From IMG/VR virus record IMGVR_UViG_3300028920_002946, positions 1 through 64,000 of that record: a stretch of DNA of 64,000 nucleotides. One strand, given 5' to 3'. Under the pieces are notes generated by a model, which had not been told where the DNA came from, ran no database searches, and saw only the letters and a list, made by a program, of their open reading frames with translations. The position numbers were made by a program, and so were the translations under genes. Shown here in pieces: positions 28,513 through 39,400 of this stretch (position 1 is the first letter of the stretch; each line of letters starts with the position of its first letter). The DNA comes from a virus.

Positions 28513-30261
28513 TCACTCCCCGAGTCCGAGAAGACCGAGAAAGGCCTTCAGCGCCTTTTTCGACCTCTCCAGACTCTTCGTCAGCTGCTCCGCCTGGTCC
28601 TCGGCGGCGAGGTTCTGGAAATATCCGCTGTCGATGGAGGGATATCCGTAGACGAACATCACCCCGGCCATGATGCCCTCCTCCGTCAGGGACGCGATGC
28701 TGGGCGTCTTCTTGTCCTTCGACCCTATCTGCAGTCCGCCGACCTCCTCGGTGAGGACGGCGCTGTTGAACTTGTCGACGAAGCCCTGCATGCCCCCGTC
28801 CTCCGGATGGACGGACAGCAGCAGGAAGGTGCCGGAGAGGCGCAGCCGGGAGAGCCTCTCGATGATGTCGGCGACCTTGTTGATGATGTCCAGGTAGAAC
28901 TTGATCTTCTTCTGGATGAAGTTGAGGTACTCCGTCATCGCATCGCTCGATGTGTCCACCATGCCGAGGAGCTTGTCCGTCAGCCTGTCCATGAGGGAGA
29001 ACAGCCTGTCGACCTCCGGCCCGAGAAGGGTGCGAATCGACAGCGACTGCCAATCGGACTCCATCTCCTCCGAGTCCACACGGTTCCCGTCGTCGTCGTA
29101 GAGCGTCTCCTTGGCGAGTTCCGAAAGCGGTATCTTGTTCCTCGGTATGGCGTAGACGGCCTTCGAGGCGGTCGGGGACTCGATCCTCTGGTAGAACGCG
29201 TTCTTGTCCCAGAAGTCGTACCCGACCTCGGTGAAGACCTTGTAGAAGTACATCTCGTTTTCTTTCAGGTCCGTGAAATCCACGTAGCTGTACCGCGGCC
29301 TGCCCACGACCGCGGGGAACCTCTTGATACCCTCGGCGTCGAACTTCTCGTCACGGTAGACCCTGACGACCTCGGTTTCCTCTTTCGCGCCCTTTGGCGC
29401 GCTCACCCTGACCTTGACGCCGTCTCTGTATCTTGACCTCCGCAGCACAAATCCAGACAGCGGGGTGCCGGGGTGATCCCACATGACCTTCACCCCCATG
29501 GCGAGATGGGTGGAGCCGTCCTCCTCCTTTTTCTTGTAGAATCCGGGCACCGCCCTCACGTTCTTGGCCGGGGAGGGGGTGGGGTTGCGGAGCCTGAAGA
29601 GGCTAGACAGCACTTGGAAGTTCTCGATGAGATCCTGCAGGAACCTCGGGTCGTTGGCCCCGCCGATCATGGCCAGCACGAGGCCGCCGACGGTGTCCTC
29701 CTTGCCGAACTTGGGGGCATCCTCGTCCTTGCTGTTGAGGCACGTGGCGTTGACGCGCTGCACAAACTCTCTATAGCCGCCGTTGACCGGAAGCACGAAG
29801 TCCTCGGAGCGAATGTCGAAGTCCGGGAAGATGAGGGAGACGTAGATGCCCGTCGATGCGAAACTGTCGATTATCTCCTGCACCTGCTTCACGATGATTT
29901 TCAACAGCACCTTCAGCAGGCGCGAGATCGACTTGAAGTCGCTTGAGAACATGCGTATGAGCTTCAACAGCCCCACGACCACCTTGGTCAGCTTGTCAGC
30001 GGCCTCGAGGAACCTCTCGATGCCGTCCGTCACCCCGCCGAGGTCGCTGAAGTCCAAGGCGAGGGACCAACTGCTCCATGCGTACCCCTTGCCCTTGACC
30101 TCCTCCGGCGAGTCCCCGCCGCCGGAGTCCGGTGGGGTGAGGTCGCCCGACAGGTCGGGCACCCCGACCACGGCGCTGTAGTCAACGGAGGGTATGTCGA
30201 GGTCGTCTAGCTTCGGCCTGACGTACTCCGGCGGCTCGTCGTATTTTATTCTCGTGCCCAT
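28513..30261 (-). CDS. Hypothetical virion protein: two amphipathic helical repeats flanking an FN3-like domain
   Basis: 582 aa; PSPAKNVRA...VKVMWDHP...YSYVD...YFYKV is FN3-like. Confidence 0.6.
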   Translation of the reverse strand: MGTRIKYDEPPEYVRPKLDDLDIPSVDYSAVVGVPDLSGDLTPPDSGGGDSPEEVKGKGYAWSSWSLALDFSDLGGVTDGIERFLEAADKLTKVVVGLLKLIRMFSSDFKSISRLLKVLLKIIVKQVQEIIDSFASTGIYVSLIFPDFDIRSEDFVLPVNGGYREFVQRVNATCLNSKDEDAPKFGKEDTVGGLVLAMIGGANDPRFLQDLIENFQVLSSLFRLRNPTPSPAKNVRAVPGFYKKKEEDGSTHLAMGVKVMWDHPGTPLSGFVLRRSRYRDGVKVRVSAPKGAKEETEVVRVYRDEKFDAEGIKRFPAVVGRPRYSYVDFTDLKENEMYFYKVFTEVGYDFWDKNAFYQRIESPTASKAVYAIPRNKIPLSELAKETLYDDDGNRVDSEEMESDWQSLSIRTLLGPEVDRLFSLMDRLTDKLLGMVDTSSDAMTEYLNFIQKKIKFYLDIINKVADIIERLSRLRLSGTFLLLSVHPEDGGMQGFVDKFNSAVLTEEVGGLQIGSKDKKTPSIASLTEEGIMAGVMFVYGYPSIDSGYFQNLAAEDQAEQLTKSLERSKKALKAFLGLLGLGE

Positions 30262-30416
30262 CAGGGTTTCATCCTCTTTATCTGCGCCTCTGCCGTTTTG
30301 ATTTCCTTCCTCACCATTCGAGCGAGGAGGTTGAGAAGCATCCGCAACTCGTCCTCCAGAAACCCTTTGGACGAGTCATCAACCGTCACCAATTTCCATT
30401 TTGGTCTTTCGCTCAT
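30261..30416 (-). CDS. Small helical protein (51 aa)
   Basis: Start revised to MSERPKW; ATGA overlap with the upstream stop and TGATG overlap with the downstream start. Confidence 0.6.
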   Translation of the reverse strand: MSERPKWKLVTVDDSSKGFLEDELRMLLNLLARMVRKEIKTAEAQIKRMKP

Positions 30417-33400
30417 AGCCCTGTGTCCCACACGGTTCTTTGATCGTCCTCGTTGGACTCTATCCTCTTTCGCAGCTGGTACGCCCTCTGATCGGCGCCG
30501 TACTCCCTGTGCATCTTGAGGAAGAGCCAAAGATGCTTGTTCGACACGAGCGCCTCGTCCACCACCCCCCGGCGTATCTGCGCGTACCTCGTGTTGCGGA
30601 GCCACCCAAGAAAGTTTTTGGAATCTATGGCGTTCGGGTTGTTCTCGTCATACCTCTCGGGAGTGTAGTAATCCGTCTCCCCCTCCCAGGGCTTGCCGAG
30701 CCTCCTCTTCACGTTGTTCAGCTGCGTGTGAAGGTTGTGGTCGGATACTTGCACGAACTTGATATCGCCCATGACGCCGAAATAGACATGGGACGGCTCG
30801 TTGTACGGCAGAGCCTGCGAGCTCTCCTCCGGCACCCCGTAGGGGACGGCACTGACTTTTATCGGCAACACCTGCACCCCGACCATGCCGGACCCGAAGT
30901 CACCCCTAACGGCATCGATCCATTCGTGGAGATCCTTGGTGTCCAAAGGCAGATCCCCTTGGTAATCGCCATCGGCCACGATTCCCACGTAATCGCTGTA
31001 GATGGTGGCATAGGAGGGGTTGAACATGTTGAGCAGGCGCATCCCCACCAAGCCCCTGAAGTCGGCCGTCAGCTCGACCGTGGCGCCCATCGGGAGGAAC
31101 GACGGCGAGGGCACGAGCAGGCGCGACTCGGCGACCCCGTAGTCGCCGGCGACCTCGGCCGAAACCCCCGTGAGCGCCGTGTCCGAGTTGATCGCCGCCG
31201 CGAGCCCGTCGAACGTGTATCCCGTGAGGTCGTAGGTCTCCGTCGCATTCAGACGGGCGTATCCGGTGGCCGCGAGGCTCGTGGTCACATCCAGAAGACC
31301 GGAGGCGTCCTCCCCCGAATAGTCCCCGTTGAACACGGACGACGGGAATATGGGGTTGAATGCGGGGTCGGCATAGGGCTTGAGGGCCGATATGTACGAT
31401 GCCAGCGACAGGATGGTGTAGTTGCCGGAACTTATGTCTATCGCCCCAGACGAGTACGGTCCGGTGTAAGTGACCGTGCACGACAACGTTATCTGCGACC
31501 TTGCCGCCGGGATGCTGAATGTCGCGTTCGACACGGCATAGCCGACGCCGCCGGAGGAAACCGACAAGGTGAACGCGGCCGTGGGCGCCGTCTGCTTGTA
31601 CAGCTGGGTCGCGACACCGGACAGCGACCCGGACGCCTGCACGAGATCCGTGCTGTCGTCGTCGTTGCTCAATGCCGCCGTGAATATCGCGCCGCCCACC
31701 CCGGGGAAGGTCTCCAGGTTGATGGCGTTCACCAACTCCGATATGGTGTCGTAGGAGGCGTCCGAGAAATCAAACGTCCGGCTGTACTGGTACGGGTACG
31801 AATAGGTCGCCGAGAGGGTCAGCGTGTCCGCCGCGTCGTTCACGACCATCGAGGACGCGGAGAACGTGTAGCCGTCCCCTTCGCCGACACCCAGGACCCT
31901 CACGTCGGACGAAAGGTTCAACTGAAGGGAGCTGAAGACGGTGTCCGGATCGGCCGGGTTGTAGGGGCCGTCGGGGACGATCTGGTATTCTGTCGACTCG
32001 GTCGAGCGGAGTCGCAGGGCGACATCCTTCCGAAGCACGAAATCGCGCAAATCGGCCTTGGGGACATCTTGCTTAAAGTCCGGAAGGTATCCGTATTCGA
32101 AGTAGCCCGGGTCGCGCGCATCGTCTCGCGTGTACCGCAGATTCGCGAAGAACCAGCTGCTCACGATGGGGTAGGAGTTTATCCTATCCACCAGGTCGAT
32201 GAGCGACTCCCTGTCGGGCGCCAGCGGGTCGCCCGAACCCGCCAAAGGCACCGCGATGTCAGCGACATTCGCACTACGGAAGTGCATGTGGTTGTCTATC
32301 ACCTCGTATTCCCGCCGGCCCTCCCCGTCCTCGTCGTCCCAGCAGTACAGGTCGAAGGCGACTATGTCCTGCCGCAGCCCGAGCGGGAACTTGTTGAGGG
32401 ACGTGTCGTGCGCCGCCTCCGGCCCGTCCATGAGGAACCCGGCCGTGGCATCCTCGCTGTACCTCTGGGTGCCGACGCTCAGTTGGACGTCGAGGCCCTT
32501 GCGGACGGAGAGCCTTTGCAATTCGTATCCGACGACGTAGCCGTACTTGTACTGCTCAACCCCGTTGTCGAACCGCACCCCGAAGTTCTTCTTGATCGGC
32601 ACGTACGAGGCATGGATCTCGTAGCTTTTGAACTCTCCTTGGATCGCGGGGTCTCCTATGAGTTCCGCCTCGAACAGCTGCAGGGCGGCCCCCGGCGTCT
32701 GGTTGCCCTCGCTGTCGAACCTCGCGGCGTTGATGGCCGACACGAGGTCGTTTATAGTGTCATGCTCGCGCAGATCTATCTGCAGGGCGGTTTCCGACAC
32801 GCCCCTCCTGACGAGCCTGAGGTATTTCAGGATGGTGACGCTCGGGGGATCCATCTGCTTTATATCCTCGAACTCGGACTCGGTGAGGACATCGCCCGCG
32901 TCTATCTTGTCGATGACCTCCTGCGGACCCATATACTCCTTCGTGTCGCCCTCGTCCATATCCACGAACTCTACGAACATGGACGCGTCCGGGCAGCGTA
33001 TGTTGATGACCTCGAAGAAGTCGGACGGCAGCGTCTCCCACTCCCCGGCGACGGGAAGCCCCTCTATGGCCCTCTTCGCGAGGTTGCCACCGTCGGTGTA
33101 CACGGGCCAAACCCAATAAGGGTTCTCGGGGTCGTCCTGGTTGTCCGTCGGGAACTTGTCCTCGATCATCTTGTCGAGGAACAGAATCCTCGGATCCGAC
33201 CCCCTATGGTCGGCGACGTTAGTCATCGATATGTAGTTCGGGTCAGACAGCGACAGGGCCGTCGTCGACCGCACCAGCAGTTCACAGCTGGCCGCGTCGT
33301 ACGGGTAGTGCGGGTACACAACCCCGACGAACATTGGCGTGAAACCATCGATGTCCGATGAGTTGATGAAGCCCGCGAGCGCATCCAAGCTGATGTAATC

Positions 33401-36400
33401 GCCCCCCTCGACGTCCTTCAATGAGAACGTGCGGAGATAAGGCGACACAACCGCATCCGGATCCGTAGGATCCGACAGGACGGCGTAGACAAGCATGGAG
33501 TCGCCCGCCACGGTCACCGATGCGGAGTCCACACGGTACCGCCCCGGATCCGAAACATCGAACCGAAGCGCGCGCGACTCCACAAGCCCGATCTCCAGCT
33601 TCCTCTGGCTCTCGTACATCGCCCTCGCGGTCCTCTGGTGCATGACCCCTATGCTAAGCCCCGTCACCCACCGGACATAATCGTTCTTCCAATCATCGTT
33701 GTTCTGGTAGTTGATGGCCTTGAACTCCTGCAGGGCGCCGTAGAACGACTCATACTTCGAGTACGCCGCCGACGCGTCCCGGTAGGATTGCGCTATCTGC
33801 GGCGTGGCGTCGTCCTCGTCGTGCACCCCGTCGGGCTTGATGACATCGAGGAGCGGGCCCCGGTCTCCGTAGCCCGCATACCCGCCGATGAGGAAGTACA
33901 GCGCGCGCTCGTACTTGACGAGCCGGGCGGCGAGCCAATCCGACACGCCCGCCGGCTCCCCCTCTTGGTAGTAGGCAAGATATCCCTTGTAGGCGCTCAC
34001 GTTGTCGAGCCGGATCCTGCCCATGGAGTACGCCCGCGCGATCTTGTCGTTGTAGTCGTACAGGTCGCGCAGGATGAGTTCCTCGAACTGCCATGCCTGC
34101 TTCTCCATGAGCAGCCAGCGGTAGACGTTGTCCGGGTCGTAGAAGTTCCTGTAGACCTGGTTGCCCACGAACCCGTACTCCTCCGAGACATCGGTGGCGA
34201 GCGGGTCGCCGTCATTGTCCAATTCGATGATGAGGCGCACCCACAGGTCACGATCCCTGGCCCTAAGGACGTACCCCTCGCGGTAGCCGCCCCTTTCGGA
34301 GACATCGTAGATGCGGTCAAACGACATATAGAAGTACTTCTCGAAGCCGTCCGTGTCCGCAAGTGCGAAATCGTTCTTGTAGAGCGCGTTCTGCGTCGAG
34401 GATATCTTGCGCTCCTCGATGAAGCTTAGATTCCTGAGATTGACCTCAAGTTCCTCAAGCTTCACGAACGCCAACGTGTCCTCGTCGTACCGCCCCGCCT
34501 GCAGGCGAACGTTCTTGTTGAGTTCGGGGATGCCGGGGAAAAGAAGGCGCAGGAAGTCGATCAAGGAGAACTTCCGTATCCTGTCCTTGTGCTTGACGTG
34601 ACCCTCGACCTCGCCGCCCTCGATGCGGGCGCCGTACATCCCCTCGTCGTCGAACATCGGGAACGCCTCGGCAGACGAGCGCGTGACCGACACGACGCGC
34701 CCCTCCCCGGGAAGCGCGGAATTGAATTGGTCCTCACTCGATGTCCGCTTGTCGTTCCTATCAATATTCACGCTGTATTGAAAGACACCGAGGGAGTTCT
34801 GCTTCAGCTTGTAGGTCTTGACGCCCTTCTCGGAGAGAGCCCTGTCGAGGGTAATCATCTCGTAGGTGTACCCCAGGCGCGACCCGTCGGGGCCGGATAT
34901 GATCGATTTGATCTCGTACTTGTTGTCATATCCCAACAGCCTCATCCTGTCGCCGACGGACACCCTCTTCAGCCAAGAGTATTTGTCGTCGTTCGCGCCG
35001 AAGGTCCTCTCGTCCTCCGGTATTTCGACGTTGTAGTAGGCGATCAGCCTGTCGTTGGTGTTGCGCAAAATCACGTGGTCGAGGTTCTGCGTCCAATAGG
35101 GGGTCACCGACTTTATTTTTCCGACGGTTTCCACCCTCCCGTCCGCATACTTGTACTGCACGTTGAAGCAGTAGACCTCGTTGTAGAGCCTGTACTCCGT
35201 GCCGAATCTGGGATAGTAGTGGGGGGCCTGCTTGTCGTAGCCCACAGGGAAGAACTTCGTGTACGTTGCAGGCACGCGCTCTATCTCCGCGTCCGTCGTC
35301 AAGGTGTAGTCGTCCGTGTCCTCCACGTACGCGTCCTGCAGGGTCAGCCTGCCGTCGACCTCCCCCACGGCGTTGCTGCGCGCGAACTTGAAGCCCATCC
35401 CGAGCTGGAGTTCGGCGCTGAAGGCCCGCAGGCGCCTCTTGTACCAATGGTAGAACTTGAGGAACAGCTCTTTCTTGATCTCCTCGTCCTGCAGTAGGTA
35501 TCGGTTGCCAACCACGCCCGCCGCCCAATTCGGCACCTGGTCGTCGGTGGGGGCGGTGTCCGACCCCTGCCCGTTGCCCGACCCCACGCGCTCCAGCAGT
35601 TCCTCGATCTGCGGGACGACGACAATCTCCGAGAAGTCCCTCTCCGTCAGCTTCTGGAGGTAGAATTGGTCGATGTTGAGATAGTCGAGGTAGACATCCA
35701 GCCTCGACCCCGCGGGCAGATTCGTGAAGTAGCGGCACGACACGTAGACCGACTCGCCCTCGTCCTCGGATCGCAGATCCCTGCCCATGTAGGACATCGC
35801 GAAGCGATCCAAATCCTCGATGGCCCCTTCCAGCGTCACGAGTCCAGCGTCGATGCTGTAGTCCTCGTCAAGAGTGAGGCGCCGGAAGTTCAGCGGCCCG
35901 AGTTCCTGCCACGACTCGAACCCCGTCGTCACGTGCACGTAGGACGGCAACCCCTCGTATCCGCCGTACGCGGCGCTCGGATACGTGTGCGACCAGTCCC
36001 CGTCTCCCACCAAACTGGCCGCGCCGGCGGAATCGACCGAGAACGGGAAATTGCCGGCGACAACCGACTCCACACGACCGATTCCCTCGTTGGCGAACTT
36101 GAAAAGGTCGCCGTAGTCCGAATAGGCCACGGTGGTGGTCTTGGTCTGCGACGCGCCCATCACATCGGTCACGGACTCCCTCAGCGTCACGCCGGAGGAT
36201 GTCACAACCATCGAGGCCGACCCGGTGTACCCGCCCGGCGCGGAGTATGAAACCCGTAGCACCCCGGTCGCCACATACGCGACCGCGGGTAGCGCGGTCG
36301 TCCCGATCGGGGCGAGGCGATATCGATCAAAATCGTCGCCGTCAAACAGATCCCTGTATGAGTCCGGCATCGTCACCGTGAAGGGATTGCCCCCCTCGAG

Positions 36401-39400
36401 GGACTCGACCCGGCCTATGGCATCCACCAAACCGTTCAGACCGTCATACTCCGAGTATTCCAGGACCGTCGTTTTCGTCTTGAACCCATCGACGGTCTCG
36501 ACGAGCGTCACAGACGACACCCCGGCCTCCATCGTGGCCGCGCCCGTGTGCGTCTCGGGGGCGGTGTACGACACCGACATGTAGGGCTGGGTCGGATCGG
36601 AGCCGAGGGGCACGGGCAGCGACGACTGTTGCACCCTGTAACCGGGCCTGCCGGACACCTTGTAGCCGGAGGGCAGCGCGGGGGTCACCCCCAGAGTCAT
36701 CGAGCCGCCGCCGGATTCGACGGAGGAAACGGATCTGACGATCCCGCCCTCCAAACGCAGAAGCGTGCCCGCGACAATGTTGCTCCCCAAGTTGCCCCGG
36801 AACGTAAGCGACGCGCCGTCCTCCGACCTGCTCAGCGGGTCGTTGGGCACGTCCTCCCAAACCACCCCGCGCTTGAAATAGACGGAGGGGTCGAGCATGT
36901 TCTCGGAGAAGGGCTCCAAGACTCCCACGGACGAATACTGCCTCCCGTCCCGATCCTCGACCGACACGCCCCCGACGCCCATATACTGCAGGGTGTTGGA
37001 GGGGGCGTCGGAAAACGCAAGGAGATCGCCGCCGACGAACCTCCACGTCAGATCCGCATCCCTCACCGTGAAGGACGACTGCCCGCGGTACGTGCGCAGG
37101 AGCGACCAGCGGAACAGCTCCGGACCCACAGTCAACGTGTAAGGCAGCCTTTGCGTTTGGAAGTCGTCGAACTCCTGCACCAAGTCGGCGCTGTAGGTGC
37201 CGCTCGCGAGGTAGTACTGCTCCGAGGACTCGCCCGACGGCGAAATCGTGAACGGGAGGTAGTCGGGGACCCTCGGGCCTATCGTCACGTTGTCGTTGTA
37301 CGTCGACTTGGTAGCCTGTATGGCGAGGGCCAAGTCATGGACGGTGGCGTAGTCGGATTTGCGGAACACGTACGGCACCGGGTTCGTCGTGCCGCCCACG
37401 GTCTCCGTGAGTGACACCGACTCAGGATCCACGAAGACGGTACCCGAACCCTCAAACCCCTCGGGCGCCTCGTAGCTGAGCGTGAATGCGGGTTCGGGCG
37501 TGTCATCGAGGATGGAGTTTCGCATGATGAGCGTGGTTTCGCCCACGCCGTAGACGGGCGTCCTCGAATACACCACCTCGGAGGGGGACCCCTCCTGCAG
37601 CGGGGGCTGTATGCTGATGACGGCCTGCCCGTCCTCGGCATCCACCGACATCACGCTGTAGACATATTTTCCGCCCACCATGAGAAGGGAGTCGACCTTG
37701 ATGCCCTGCAGTATCTCCAGCACCCCCCCGCTGAACGTCAAACTCTCCGCCCCGACAAGCGGCTCGCCGACCAAGGACGACGCGTCCGGCATCCGCTGCC
37801 ACGAGACGGGGCCGTCAAGGACGTGGAAGACCGGCGCGTTCAAGTCCTCGGGGAAGGATCCATGGACGGCGACCCTGGTGCCCTCGTCCCCGTACGCCGA
37901 TGACCGCACGCGGTAGTAGTAGACGGCGACCGGGTCGCGGTTCTCTATGCGCAGGACGGAGTCGGGCTTGATAGAGTCGGTGCGGTCGAAACCGTCGATA
38001 AGGAACTCGCTGCCGCCGGCGGGCAGCACGGGGTAGAATATCTGGATCGGCGCGTAGGGCAGCACCTCGGACTCGAAGCTGTAGGTGGCCACGACCGTGT
38101 CGTCGGGCAAGATCTCCAGCGTGTTTCGCTCCGCGTCCAGGGCGATCTGCCTGTTCTGGTCGGTGTACGCCGCGCCGCCGGTGTCCAGAGCCGCGCCCGA
38201 CCCCAGCACTTTCGCGTAGACGGGCGAGCCCATGAGTATGGACCCGCTGAAGGACACCCTGCCGGGGTCGCCGGGCTTCTTGAAGTAGTCCCGCACCGGG
38301 ATCGACACGACGGGGTTGTTGACCTTGAACAGGTACTGCCCGTCCTCGACGGCCTCCAAGGCGTCATCGATGACGGTCATGCGGTAGTTGCCAACCTCGC
38401 CCGGCTTGGACTGCAGTATGCAATGCATCTGCGACAGGGGCGTGTAGGTGGCCTCCAAGGACAAAACGTCCTCCGAGTAGACCGAGGGGTCGACCAGGGT
38501 GACCCTGCCGGTGAAATGGCTTATCTCGAAGTCCTCGCCCTCGGTCAAAACCGAACTCCCCGTTTCGACCCTCCCATATTGATCCGTCCTGCTCCACTTC
38601 TTGACGATGCTGACCGAGTCCGCGAGCACCGGGTACTTGGAGAGCCGCGGCGCGGCGCGGTCGATCTTCTCCACCTCGACATCCTCGCCCTCGACGTAAT
38701 AGCTGACCAGGACGGACTCGCCCTTTTTTAGCGGGGTGGTCATGCGGGCGGCTCCGGACGTGTACTCGATCATGTAGTCCACGCCGACAACCATGTTGTT
38801 CTCGTCCGTGTCCTCGTAGTAGACGATGTCCCCGTCCGGCACCCCGAACAGGCCCGTCACCCCCGGTATCACCAAGTCATCGGGGTTCCGGACATCCGCG
38901 GCTCCGACGCCCTTGATCACGCTGATGCCGTTCCATATCAGTTCCCGCGGGACGGCGACGTGGTCGCAGGGCTCCTCCCTGTTCGCATGGTCAATGAATA
39001 CCAGCGTGCCAGCGTCGTAGTCCATGAGGTACTCGGAGTACCTCGGGACGTCGCCCTGGCCCACGGACACGGAGTCCGTTCCGTAGATGATCCTCTGCAC
39101 CGGCTTGCGCGCGGCGGATCCGCTCGATTCGACCTCGACCGCCTTCGAAACGGCCACGATGCCGCCGACATCGCCGTTGATCCCGGTCACCTGCAGTTCG
39201 TCGCTCAGGGTGCCCAAGAACTTGATGTACGCCGACAGCCTCTCCTCGTACGGGGGGTAGGGGTAGGAGAACTCGGGCGAGTTGCTGTAGTTGACGACGT
39301 AGTCCTCGAACTCCGTCCTCCGCCGCACCTCCCCCTGCGCGTCGCCCCAATAGACCTGCAGGCTGGCGTGCGGGTACGGCAGGGGGCTGAGGCCGACATC

